Shown: piece after piece, positions 33,542 through 42,978 of the stretch
Numbering within the stretch: position 1 is the first letter of the stretch
Layout: the number at the start of each line of letters is the position of its first letter
Assembly: GCA_965231105.1 (NCBI GenBank)
Contig: OZ246417.1
Location: 640,908-704,907 of the forward strand
DNA: 64,000 nucleotides
Direction of reading: 5' to 3'
Source: an uncultured Candidatus Saccharibacteria bacterium
GTDB taxonomy: Bacteria > Patescibacteriota > Saccharimonadia > Saccharimonadales > JACDBH01
Translations under genes and position numbers: made by a program
Notes under the pieces: generated by a model
Databases searched by the model: none
The model's input: the letters and a program-made list of their open reading frames with translations, nothing else
What the model was told of the DNA's origin: nothing

Positions 33542-34727
33542 CGTTATTCCCCTTTGGAATGATGATAGCAAAGTCTGACCCTTTGCCAATAGCAGATGTC
33601 ACCTTGATCTTTCCGCCATGCAGCTCCGTTACTTTGTTGGCCCAATATAGTCCCAGGCCACTGCCTCCAACACTATCAGACAAACTGTTTGGTATCCGGC
33701 CAAATTTAGTGAAAAGCTTCGCTATATCGCTTTTCTTTATGCCTACACCATTATCAGCAATTGATATCCGCGCAAAATTATGAGCATTGCTGAGCGTAAT
33801 CGTTATTGTGCCCTTCTCGGGAGTATATTTACTTGCATTATCTATTAAATTCTCTAAGACCATGCGAAAGCGCATACTGTCCACAATGACCGGCATGCTC
33901 TTTCTAGAAGATACGAGACTAACCTGCTGCTTACGAGCCTTGAAAGAGTCAATCAGCTCATCAATGATGTCTTCGACCATTTCGTATATGTCTGTCTGGC
34001 TTTTCTCTAACACTACCTTCCCCGCATCAACCTGTGCTACTCGCAGGAGGTCGTTTATCATATCGATCTGCCGGTCGTTACTGTCGTATGCTTTTTGCAC
34101 AAAATCACGCTGCTGTTCGGTAAGCGCGCCCGCATAACCCTGGAGTAATAGTCCAAGGAACTGCTTTACGCCCGTTGCAGGCGTACGAAGCTGATGTGAA
34201 GCAAGTGATATAAACTCATCTTTTGACGTATTAAGTTTTTCAAGTTCACCTTGCTGCTCGCGTAACCGTATATTGGTGAGACTGAGCTCATCTTCAAATA
34301 ACTTGCGTTCCGTTAGGTCTCGGGTTACTTTAGCAAATCCTACATGTTTGCCATTTTCATCCTTGAGGGCAGTAATAATCACGTTTGCCCAGAAACGTGT
34401 ACCGTCTTTTCGAATGCGCCAGCCTTCGTCTTCAATGCGCCCGTGTTTTAGGCTCTCCGCTAACACCCGCTCAGGTTTCCCCGCTTCTTTATCTACTTTT
34501 GGGTAAAAAATCGAAAAGTGTCTCCCTATGATCTCTTTTGCCTTATAGCCTTTAAATCTTTCGGCACCTTTGTTCCAGCTCGCAACATTACCCTTAGGAT
34601 CAAGCAAGAAGATGGCATAGTCCTGAACACTTTCTATGAGAATACGATAGTGCTCAAGCTGATCAAGCGCACTCTGCCGCTCCTTTATATTAAGGCTAGT
34701 GAGATTCGATTTCTTCTTTAGCGTCAT
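33513..34727 (-). CDS. Cytoplasmic PAS-domain sensor histidine kinase
   Basis: 404 aa with no TM. PAS (GNVASWNKGAERFKGYKAKEIIGRHFS), H-box SHQLRTPAT, N-box DNASKYTP, G-boxes DNGVGI and GGSGLGL. Confidence 0.85.
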   Translation of the reverse strand: MTLKKKSNLTSLNIKERQSALDQLEHYRILIESVQDYAIFLLDPKGNVASWNKGAERFKGYKAKEIIGRHFSIFYPKVDKEAGKPERVLAESLKHGRIEDEGWRIRKDGTRFWANVIITALKDENGKHVGFAKVTRDLTERKLFEDELSLTNIRLREQQGELEKLNTSKDEFISLASHQLRTPATGVKQFLGLLLQGYAGALTEQQRDFVQKAYDSNDRQIDMINDLLRVAQVDAGKVVLEKSQTDIYEMVEDIIDELIDSFKARKQQVSLVSSRKSMPVIVDSMRFRMVLENLIDNASKYTPEKGTITITLSNAHNFARISIADNGVGIKKSDIAKLFTKFGRIPNSLSDSVGGSGLGLYWANKVTELHGGKIKVTSAIGKGSDFAIIIPKGNNGDKSFASRR

Positions 34728-34932
34728 TAGAGAATAAGGTTAGGTATCATCTATCGATTTAAACAGAATAATTTATGAACAGAGTAATAATTCCAACACG
34801 GATAACCAGAAAAACAAAAAGCGCTTCTTACAGCATGCTTATGCTTGGCTCACAACGATAGAGGAAGTTATAACCACACCGAAACTAGGTTTTACTTCAC
34901 TGGTAGATTCAGATTGTAGCAGCTGCGCTGAT

Positions 34933-35226
34933 TTAAAGTAGGTTTGAGGCGACACAATTTTTGGCAGCCTTGATAACTCCAACATGGAAATTTCCCTCGC
35001 CTAGTTCTATAACTTCTTCCTCAGGTATAAACCATTGTCCTGCGCCATCTTCTCCAACTTGTACCACTCGGACTTCATGTCTGTCAGTAGGAAGAAATTT
35101 CATATCAAATAGCCCCAGCTCGGAGCCATCCTTTAATGTAATAGGTTCTCCAATTGGCTGCACGTCCACGTTGGGATTATTGGCATATTGTTCGTAAAAA
35201 TATTCAAGTACATTTCTCTTTGTCAT
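34933..35226 (-). CDS. 97-aa hypothetical protein
   Basis: MTKRNVLEYFYEQYANNPNVDVQPIGEP.. The track version (to 35301) runs through the tRNA and its hairpin, so I use ATG 35226. Confidence 0.45.
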   Translation of the reverse strand: MTKRNVLEYFYEQYANNPNVDVQPIGEPITLKDGSELGLFDMKFLPTDRHEVRVVQVGEDGAGQWFIPEEEVIELGEGNFHVGVIKAAKNCVASNLL

Positions 35227-35233
35227 AAAACAA

Positions 35234-35257
35234 AAAATACCATCGAAATGGTATTTT
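35234..35257 (-). terminator. Perfect 10-bp hairpin + U-run after tRNA-Asn
   Basis: The minus strand reads AAAATACCAT-TTCG-ATGGTATTTT, then TTGTTTT. Confidence 0.5.
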
Positions 35258-35266
35258 GTAAATGCT

Positions 35267-35341
35267 TGGCTCCGGGGACTGGATTCGAACCAGCGACCCA
35301 TTGGTTAACAGCCAATTGCTCTACCGCTGAGCTACCCCGGA
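35267..35341 (-). tRNA. tRNA-Asn (anticodon GTT), CCA encoded
   Basis: TCCGGGGTAGCTCAGCGGTAGAGCAATTGGCTGTTAACCAATGGGTCGCTGGTTCGAATCCAGTCCCCGGAGCCA. It folds by hand into a cloverleaf: 7-bp acceptor, GCTC/GAGC D-stem, ATTGG/CCAAT anticodon stem with loop CTGTTAA, and T-loop TTCGAAT. Confidence 0.9.
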
Positions 35342-35381
35342 ATATGGCCAAGTACAGGTGCAAATTATATGGTCTTATCTG

Positions 35382-36551
35382 TTAATCGTCAACCACATCC
35401 TCCTTATCACCTCGATGGCGAAAACGTATTTTTTCTGTTGCCTCACGGAATGACTCTGAGGTTATATGATATTGATGTCGTACGTGTGTAGCTTGCTGGG
35501 CTAGGTCGGCAACTTCTGTCATTAACATATGCAGGCCTGTTTCATCTGCGGGAGCTTTATGCACGGTACCAATCGCGGATTTGGGATGGGAATGATCGAC
35601 ATTAACAGAGACTGTGACCACTCGTGAGTTTCTCAGTAGACCAACAACACCCCGTGATGCCGGCCCCATATGCGCCGCACTTGGCTGTTTCTTCTTGGCG
35701 AGAAATCGCGAAACATATACATCCGCCGTTCCACTGCCTGCAAGAAAATCCACCACCGGTTTTGTAGGTGTTGGCAACTCCTGGTTATTCGGCTCTGTAA
35801 GCTGAGGATGTTCCCTAATCTCTTTGAACGACCGGTTATAGCGAGATAATAATCTTAATGATATCCCCGCATTCTTAACGCTTCGGGAGGGAGGTATACT
35901 CATACCTACTATGCCCTGCTGCGTTAGCACTTGCATTGCAGGCAAGCCAAATGCACGTATGCATGCGAGCTGCCTACTAACCGTAAGGCGTGAGTAATAC
36001 TCTGGCACTTCTTCCTCTAATCGCTCCGCTGCTTGCTGTATGCCCGCCTGAATGGCGACTTGTCCCAAGGGAACATTAATAATACGGCCATGATCAAAGA
36101 GAAACGAATAATTCTGACCAACCGCTAAACCTTCGGCAACTGCACCGAATACTGGATTGTTTTGCGGTTTTAAGAATTGCCGCTTTAGACTGGGAAACTC
36201 CGGATAGGCAGCTGTGGCGAATGACTCTAGCACCTTCTGATCTGCAGGTTTTGGCACGCGCGCCTCTACTACATCAAGCCGCTGAAATGGGTATCGATCC
36301 GGATCAAAGGGCAATAGCGAAAGAAGACCCTTTGATGCTTTGATGTGTTTTTCCGCAAGTTTTTCAAACGCCGTATGGACTAATAGCTCATGTTCACGAA
36401 GTTCCGCTAAAGACTCATCGACAACGTATAGGTACGTACTGTTGTCTTCCTCAGCCGTATGCTCAATCACTTGGAAGGAGTTTTCAGTCATTTGATCACC
36501 TTGACCATAATGTGCCTCGTATCGTATCACAGCTTTATCTACTTGCGTCAA
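35382..36551 (-). CDS. Hypothetical protein, unknown function
   Basis: 389 aa (TTG start; alternative ATG 36491 after AAGGTGA). No recognisable motif. Soluble. Confidence 0.55.
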   Translation of the reverse strand: MTQVDKAVIRYEAHYGQGDQMTENSFQVIEHTAEEDNSTYLYVVDESLAELREHELLVHTAFEKLAEKHIKASKGLLSLLPFDPDRYPFQRLDVVEARVPKPADQKVLESFATAAYPEFPSLKRQFLKPQNNPVFGAVAEGLAVGQNYSFLFDHGRIINVPLGQVAIQAGIQQAAERLEEEVPEYYSRLTVSRQLACIRAFGLPAMQVLTQQGIVGMSIPPSRSVKNAGISLRLLSRYNRSFKEIREHPQLTEPNNQELPTPTKPVVDFLAGSGTADVYVSRFLAKKKQPSAAHMGPASRGVVGLLRNSRVVTVSVNVDHSHPKSAIGTVHKAPADETGLHMLMTEVADLAQQATHVRHQYHITSESFREATEKIRFRHRGDKEDVVDD

Positions 36552-36671
36552 ACTTCTTTATGCCCTCGTATGTCACCTGTGCACAACCCCTGATTGTTTA
36601 GGGGTAAAAAGCATAAACAATTCCGCCATTAGGTGATACACTGTGTAACAGATTGAATACTGAGGGAAGTT

Positions 36672-39600
36672 GTGTTCCGCCGTCTTATAACAAATAGTGC
36701 GCAATTACTCCGTACGTTTTGGAAGCGTTATTTACGTGTGTTTTTGGTAAAAAGTGCCCGGCTTACTCATAAATATTCTCGTAAGTTTTCCCGCATTATG
36801 GCAAGGGTTACTAAAAAAACTGCCCGCTTTCTCCATCACCACGCCGCCAAACGGCCCCATAATCATCTGATGCAAAGATGGCAATGGTATGGCAAGTGGC
36901 ATGAATGGAACTTTCATCCTCATGTCCATTTTTCTATTCTTGCCGTATACGTCGTGATCGTCGGAGCTATAGTGCTTTCATCTTATGGCCGAGTTAAGGC
37001 GGTTTCTGATCTCTTTCATGACTGGGACTTTGATAACGGTTCAGAATTTAGTTTAGAGAACGGTGTTGAAACGAGTGGCACCAGCGCTCGCCTTAAGGCA
37101 CAAAACTACACCAGTGACGCTAACACCGCTGCGCTCTTTCATTTTGATGAGATAAATGGCAGTTCGGCCGATGACGCCTCAAGCAATAATAACGATGGCA
37201 CGGTAACAAACGGCACATTTGGTTCTGGACAGTTAAATAATGCTGTTTCTCTTAATGGTACCAGTGCGTTTGTACGAGCAAACGACAGTGCGTCGCTTTC
37301 CTTCCAGCAGTCTCATACGCTTGAGGCCTGGACAAAATTTTCCTCAACCTTCGATGCAACCTCTCACAATAACCGACAAGGTGTGATTAATAAGGGCAAT
37401 TATCAGCTCTACTATGATCATGAAACCGGAAAAGTGGTTTATGAGATTTCTCCGAATGATGCCAATGACTGGGAACAGGCAGGGGGTGGCAGCACTACAA
37501 CTGGTGCTTCTACTGACGGTAGCTGGGATCTGAATGGTAAATTAGCTATCGAAGACTCAGTCGTTGTTGGCAGCAACTATTATGTAGGGCTCGGTAATGC
37601 CGTAAGCGATGCAGAAGTTTGGATGTGGAATGGTACAACTTGGGCTCAAATAGGTGGTGACGGGCTCAATAGCGGTTGGGCTGATGGTACCTATGAAGCA
37701 GTTACTTCTCTGAAAGCCTATGGCACAGATATTATCGCGGGCTTGGGCACAAGTGCGGCGGGAGATGCGGAAGTTTGGCGCTGGAATGGAAGTGCATGGA
37801 CGAAGATTGGTGGTGATGCAAGTGGTACGAGCGGACAGAGCTGGACTAATGCTTATGAATCTGTTCGCACCATGACGGTTAATAGCTCTAATTTATATGT
37901 GGGTCTCGGTGATAGCAGTGGCGACGCAGATATTTATACATGTAATCTTGCCGCAACCTGTAGCACGACTGCTGGCTGGACAAAGATTGGTGGTGATGGC
38001 AACAACGGCGTCACGACAGGTTGGGGTACCGGATATGAAGCCGTAACGGCTATGGATGTATCAGGAACAACCCTTATCGTCGGCATCGGTACTACCGCTG
38101 GTGATGCTGAAGTGTGGAGCTGTACAATTGGCAGCTGTGCCGCAGCAACTAACTGGACAAAGATTGGTGGTGATGGAACAGGAACAAGTGGACAGAGTTG
38201 GGTAACCGCAGTCTATGAATCAGTCACCGGCATAGAAGTTGTAAGCTCAACACTGTATATCGGGCTTGGCAACAGTGCCGCCGGTGAAGCTGAAGTCTGG
38301 AGCTGTACCGTAGGGAGTTGTGCGGTTGCTTCAGGCTGGACTCAAATTGGTGGTGATGGTGTTGGTTCCTCTTGGAATACTAACTACGAACAAGTTTGGG
38401 CGCTTGAATCAGATGGTACCTACTTATTTGCCGGTATTGGTAATACCGGTGGAGACCAGGAAATTTGGCGCTGTACATTATCGGCATGTTCTACATGGAC
38501 TCAAATTGGTGGTGATGGTGTTGGGAGTGGCTTTACCGGCACCACCCATGCACGCGTCCAGTCTCTCGCCATTGGAGGTTCTACACTGTATGCCGGCATT
38601 ACTGGAGCGGCTGCAGCAAACGCAGCCGAAGCTTGGACTTGTGACAGTGGATGTTTTAACTCATCCCCCGCCGCCGCCTGGACTCGCATTGGTGGCGACT
38701 TTCTGAATAAGTCTTGGGGCTTTAATACGATGCGTAGTGTTGAGGTACTTGCTACAGCCGGCGGAAAACTGTATGCCGGAACGGGTATTACCGATGCAGG
38801 CAACGCTCAAGTGTGGGAGTACAACGGAACAACCTGGACCATGATCGGAGGTCAGGGCATAAATAGCAGTTGGGCTTATCGTACCTATGAAGTCGTAACG
38901 AGCATGGTCGGTAATAAAGGTAATTTGTATGTTGGACTCGGGTCAACAGCTGGCGATGCGGAAGTTTGGATGTGGAATGGCAGTACCTGGACCCAACTTG
39001 CAGGTGATGGAAGTGGAACGGGCGGACAAAGCTGGGGCACCGGCTATGAACAAGTAATGGCCATGGCCGTTTCTGGTAATACCTTGCTCGTTGGGCTTGG
39101 TATTAATGGTAATGACGGTGAGTTGTGGAGCTGCAATATTAGCGGTAGCTGTACGAATACCAGCGGTTGGACAAAACGTGGAGGTGATGCAACCGGTACA
39201 GGTGGACAGAGTTGGACTAATGCCTTTGAACAAGTAGTGAGTTTGGCGGTCAGCGGTACAAATGTATATGTAGGTGTTGGAAGTAGTGCGGGAGATGGCG
39301 AGATTTGGACATGTGATATCGGAGCGACTTGTAGCACCACAGCCGGGTGGTCAAAGATTGCGGGAGATGGCGTTAACAGCTCATGGAATACCAACTACGA
39401 AACGGTTGAGTATCTTGTGTACTATCAGGGCAAACTTATCGCTGGATTAGGTAACAGCGCAGGAGATGCGGAAGTCTGGGAGTTCAACGGTACGAATACT
39501 TGGACTCAAGTGGGTGGTGATGGACTCAATAACTCATGGGCTGATGCAACCTATGAGCGAGTCCGCACAATGACTTCCTATAACGGTGAATTATATGCAG

Positions 39601-42600
39601 GTCTGGGTGTCACTGCAGGAGATGGTGAGGTATGGCGATACGATGGTTCTACCTGGACTAAGGTGGGTGGTGATGGACTCAATAACGGCTGGACGGGTAC
39701 AGAAGAATCGGTGGGTGCGTCGAGCGTCTATAAAGGTAGGCTTTTCGTAGGTACAGGCGATGGACAGAATGCTGATGCAAAGGTCTGGGCATATGGTAAT
39801 AACGCCGTCCTGGAATCAGCTGCTACATCGCAGGATACCAACTGGCATCATATAGCCGCTACTTACGATGGCAGTACGATGAAAATCTTTATTGATGGTA
39901 CAGAAAACGCGACTCGTAGCGCGACATTACTTATGCCTGATAAGAATACCCCTTTGTTTGTTGGTACCATGGGCGGTTCACGTGAGGGTGGCATGAGCCA
40001 AGGTTACTTTACGGGCTCAATTGATGAGGTGCGTATAAGCAACTCTGCTCGTTCAAGTTTTACTACCCTTCCCTATCCCGCTGCTGCTCAAACGGTTACC
40101 CCAACCGCCGCCGTGTATATAAGTGGCGTAGAATCTTGGGATGGATTTACTACTGATGAAACTGCGAATGGTGGCACCATTACGTATCGATTATCCGACG
40201 ATAACGGGGCTACCTGGAAGCGTTGGGATGGAAGTGGTTGGGTTTTGTCTGCCAATACCACAGAAGCCAACAATGCTGCTACCATTAATACCAACATTGC
40301 GAGCTTCCCTGTCACGTTTTATGGCCTTAAGTGGCAGGCGATACTCACCGGTAACGGCAATCAGCAAGTTACTCTTAATGAAGTAAGTCTGGCGGCCACT
40401 TCCGATATAGCTGCTCCGTCTGCAAACGCGTCAACTATCTTAGGCTATAAGAGCCAGGGTGGTACTCAATTAAATTCTAACGATTGGTCTAACGGCTCCT
40501 CACCATACTTCAGCTGGACGGCAGGAACAGATGGCGGTGCGGGCATAAAGGGTTACTGTCTCTACCTCGGTACAGACAACACAGCAGATCCCGTTACAAC
40601 AAAAGGCTTATTAGGTACCAGCCCACTCTATACCGGCGGACATTGTCAGTTTGCAGTAAGCGGTACTTCTATAGATCTTGCAACATCTGGTTATATAGGT
40701 ACCGCTATGACGACTTCAGCTAACGCATATTACTTACTCGTTAAGGCCATGGATAATGCGGGAAATGTTTTTGGTAATACGGCTGAGTTCCACTTCCGTT
40801 TTGATAATACCCCACCGTCCAACCCTGGCTTTATAACTGCACCTTCAGGATTTATTAATACGAAGAACGCTACCCTTACTTGGCCCACTATTGGCGGACA
40901 GGCAGCCACAGATACAGGCTCAGGTGTAGCCGGTCTGCAATACCGCATTAATAGCACGACATGGTACGGCGATAGTCACAGCGGAACCGGAGATATCAAT
41001 GATCTTCTTACGAACGATGGCTCGTATGCAACAACTGACCCGCCCGATTTCGACAACATTGATGAAGGCATCAATACTGTTTACTTTAGGACATGGGATA
41101 CGGCAGGTAATGTCACGAGTAGCTACGTAACGGCTGCCTTGAAGGTAAACACAGCCGGCGCTCCTTCTGAACCCCAGAATGTTACCCCCACCCCTTCAAG
41201 CAATACCACGAACTCCTTTGCCTTTTCATGGTCACAACCCGCAAGCTTCATTGGCGATGCGGACAATCTTACTTACTGCTATACCGTCAATACGCTGCCA
41301 AGTATTAGTACATGTACTTTTACGTCGGCAGGCGTGACCAGTCTTGGTGCCGGACCATATGCCACCCAGCCTGGTACGAATACTATCTACGTTGTAGCCC
41401 GAGATGAATCAAGCAATATAAATTATGCCAGCTATGCTAGCGCTAACTTTGCCGCCAATACTCCTTCCCCTGGCATTCCGACCAATACAGACATTGTGGA
41501 CGTTTCTATTAAATCAACAGGTAACTGGCGCTTAGCCTTAACATGGGATGCACCATCCGACGTAGGAGCTGGCATAGCCAGCTATAAGATATACCGCTCC
41601 CTTGATGGCGTATCATTTAATTTTGTTGGTAGTAGCACGAGTACGACATACATTGATGCAGGTTTAAGCCAACAATTCTACTACTACCGTGTGCGTGCCT
41701 GTGACAGCACAAATAACTGTGGCGCAGATAGTGCCATTGTTTCAATGTTGCCAACCGGTAAGTTTACGTCACCGGCCGCCCTAACAAGCGATCCTGTCGC
41801 AAGCAACCTAACTACTAAGAAAGCAACAATTACATGGGCTACAGATCGTGCCAGCGATTCTAAGGTTGCGCTTGGCACAAGCAGTGGCCAGTATGGCGCA
41901 TCAGAAATTGGTAACTCTAGCCAAACGAATCTTCACACCCTTCAACTCGATAACCTCTCTGCAGGTACAACGTATTACTATGTTGCGAAGTGGACAGATG
42001 AAGACGGTAACACCGGAACGAGTCAAGAATTCACCTTTACGACTGCTCCTGCTCCTATTATTAAAGAGGTGGAAACACTCTCGGTGAGTTTGACCGGCGC
42101 AACCGTTACATTCACTACCACAGGAGCAAGTAAAGTTAATCTCTACTACGGACTTAGTGAAGGTTTTGGTGGACTCAAGACTGTAAATACTTCACAGTCT
42201 GAATCTGAATATTCATTTGCGCTGGATGGTCTCAATGACGGCACAAAGTATTTCTACCGTCTCAGTGCATTTGATAGTGAAGGCGGTGAGTATTTAGGCA
42301 ACGTCTTCTCATTCAATACACCGCCTCGTCCTCGCATAACAAACCTACGCTTCCAGCCCGTTGAAGGCAAACCTACAAGCACACAGTCTGTAACATGGAA
42401 CACAAACGTAGCATCGACTTCAATGGTGAGCTATAGCAAGGTAGGTGGGAACAGTATCGACATGCAGCAGTCAACTCTTACGACCAACCATGAGGTCATC
42501 ATTAGTAACCTTGAGGACGACAGCGAATATACTATTATTGCCCAAAGTCGAGATGAGTCTGGTAATCTTGCCACATCCGACCGTCAGCAATTTAGAACCG

Positions 42601-42977
42601 CTCTTGATACTCGCCCTCCAACGGTGAGTGAAATTAACGTAGAATCATCAGTGCGAGGCACCGGTGCCGAGGCCCGTGGACAGGTTATTATTTCATGGAA
42701 GACCGACGAGCCATCTGCCAGCCAAGTAGCCTATACAGAAGGCTCGAACGCAGTGACCTTTAACAGCAAGACTGCTGAAGATGGCACGCTCACGACTGAC
42801 CATCTTGTTATTGTGTCTGACCTTCCTACTTCAAAGGTATATAGCCTGCAACCACTTTCGAAAGATAAAGCCGGTAACGTAGGAGCGGGAGAGGTTCAGT
42901 CGGCAATCATTGGACGAGCCAATGAAAGCGTTCTTACTATCATTCTCAATACATTGCAGAAAGTGTTTGGGTTCTAG
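36672..42977 (+). CDS. Giant (2101 aa) membrane-anchored surface protein: LamG - 14 tandem propeller-like repeats - LamG - multiple FN3 domains
   Basis: Basic His/Trp-rich N-terminus and one TM (FSILAVYVVIVGAIVLSSY). LamG-like segments follow: LFHFDE..DDASSNNNDGTV..NAVSLNG, later NWHHIAATYDGSTMKIFIDG..GSIDEVRISN. Between them lie 14 repeats built on (G)DAEVWxWNGxxWTxIGGDG..YE.V..LYVGLG. The C-terminal third consists of FN3-like modules (e.g. LALTWDAPSDVGAGIASYKIYRS). Confidence 0.85.
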   Translation: MFRRLITNSAQLLRTFWKRYLRVFLVKSARLTHKYSRKFSRIMARVTKKTARFLHHHAAKRPHNHLMQRWQWYGKWHEWNFHPHVHFSILAVYVVIVGAIVLSSYGRVKAVSDLFHDWDFDNGSEFSLENGVETSGTSARLKAQNYTSDANTAALFHFDEINGSSADDASSNNNDGTVTNGTFGSGQLNNAVSLNGTSAFVRANDSASLSFQQSHTLEAWTKFSSTFDATSHNNRQGVINKGNYQLYYDHETGKVVYEISPNDANDWEQAGGGSTTTGASTDGSWDLNGKLAIEDSVVVGSNYYVGLGNAVSDAEVWMWNGTTWAQIGGDGLNSGWADGTYEAVTSLKAYGTDIIAGLGTSAAGDAEVWRWNGSAWTKIGGDASGTSGQSWTNAYESVRTMTVNSSNLYVGLGDSSGDADIYTCNLAATCSTTAGWTKIGGDGNNGVTTGWGTGYEAVTAMDVSGTTLIVGIGTTAGDAEVWSCTIGSCAAATNWTKIGGDGTGTSGQSWVTAVYESVTGIEVVSSTLYIGLGNSAAGEAEVWSCTVGSCAVASGWTQIGGDGVGSSWNTNYEQVWALESDGTYLFAGIGNTGGDQEIWRCTLSACSTWTQIGGDGVGSGFTGTTHARVQSLAIGGSTLYAGITGAAAANAAEAWTCDSGCFNSSPAAAWTRIGGDFLNKSWGFNTMRSVEVLATAGGKLYAGTGITDAGNAQVWEYNGTTWTMIGGQGINSSWAYRTYEVVTSMVGNKGNLYVGLGSTAGDAEVWMWNGSTWTQLAGDGSGTGGQSWGTGYEQVMAMAVSGNTLLVGLGINGNDGELWSCNISGSCTNTSGWTKRGGDATGTGGQSWTNAFEQVVSLAVSGTNVYVGVGSSAGDGEIWTCDIGATCSTTAGWSKIAGDGVNSSWNTNYETVEYLVYYQGKLIAGLGNSAGDAEVWEFNGTNTWTQVGGDGLNNSWADATYERVRTMTSYNGELYAGLGVTAGDGEVWRYDGSTWTKVGGDGLNNGWTGTEESVGASSVYKGRLFVGTGDGQNADAKVWAYGNNAVLESAATSQDTNWHHIAATYDGSTMKIFIDGTENATRSATLLMPDKNTPLFVGTMGGSREGGMSQGYFTGSIDEVRISNSARSSFTTLPYPAAAQTVTPTAAVYISGVESWDGFTTDETANGGTITYRLSDDNGATWKRWDGSGWVLSANTTEANNAATINTNIASFPVTFYGLKWQAILTGNGNQQVTLNEVSLAATSDIAAPSANASTILGYKSQGGTQLNSNDWSNGSSPYFSWTAGTDGGAGIKGYCLYLGTDNTADPVTTKGLLGTSPLYTGGHCQFAVSGTSIDLATSGYIGTAMTTSANAYYLLVKAMDNAGNVFGNTAEFHFRFDNTPPSNPGFITAPSGFINTKNATLTWPTIGGQAATDTGSGVAGLQYRINSTTWYGDSHSGTGDINDLLTNDGSYATTDPPDFDNIDEGINTVYFRTWDTAGNVTSSYVTAALKVNTAGAPSEPQNVTPTPSSNTTNSFAFSWSQPASFIGDADNLTYCYTVNTLPSISTCTFTSAGVTSLGAGPYATQPGTNTIYVVARDESSNINYASYASANFAANTPSPGIPTNTDIVDVSIKSTGNWRLALTWDAPSDVGAGIASYKIYRSLDGVSFNFVGSSTSTTYIDAGLSQQFYYYRVRACDSTNNCGADSAIVSMLPTGKFTSPAALTSDPVASNLTTKKATITWATDRASDSKVALGTSSGQYGASEIGNSSQTNLHTLQLDNLSAGTTYYYVAKWTDEDGNTGTSQEFTFTTAPAPIIKEVETLSVSLTGATVTFTTTGASKVNLYYGLSEGFGGLKTVNTSQSESEYSFALDGLNDGTKYFYRLSAFDSEGGEYLGNVFSFNTPPRPRITNLRFQPVEGKPTSTQSVTWNTNVASTSMVSYSKVGGNSIDMQQSTLTTNHEVIISNLEDDSEYTIIAQSRDESGNLATSDRQQFRTALDTRPPTVSEINVESSVRGTGAEARGQVIISWKTDEPSASQVAYTEGSNAVTFNSKTAEDGTLTTDHLVIVSDLPTSKVYSLQPLSKDKAGNVGAGEVQSAIIGRANESVLTIILNTLQKVFGF
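37608..39810 (+). repeat. 14 in-frame tandem repeats of 51-61 codons inside the giant gene
   Basis: The D-A-E-V-W-type cores start at 37608, 37764, 37923, 38103, 38286, 38454, 38622, 38802, 38955, 39114, 39294, 39465, 39621 and 39774. An exact 29-nt duplicate TGGACTCAAATTGGTGGTGATGGTGTTGG occurs at 38337-38365 and 38496-38524. Confidence 0.85.
41790..42900 (+). repeat. Four tandem ~90-95-aa FN3 / purple-acid-phosphatase-N-like modules at the C-terminus of the giant protein
   Basis: KATITWATDRASDSKVALG..TTYYYVAKWTDEDGN; ATVTFTTTGASKVNLYYG..TKYFYRLSAFDSEGG; QSVTWNTNVASTSMVSYS..SEYTIIAQSRDESGN; QVIISWKTDEPSASQVAYT..KVYSLQPLSKDKAGN. Confidence 0.7.
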
Positions 42978-42978
42978 T

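Noticed and set aside
34933-35301. Track ORF of 122 aa whose N-terminus (MGRWFESSPRSQAF..) overlaps tRNA-Asn
   Set aside because: The first 25 codons are simply the tRNA and its terminator hairpin read in a protein frame. The plausible coding part starts at ATG 35226.
38320-40957. Many 75-128-aa ORFs on both strands inside the giant gene (e.g. 38320..38706, 38501..38803, 39044..39394, 40141..40386)
   Set aside because: They are nested within an uninterrupted 6.3-kb ORF with clear domain and repeat logic. Their repeat-derived, Pro/Ala/Val-rich translations have no independent signals.
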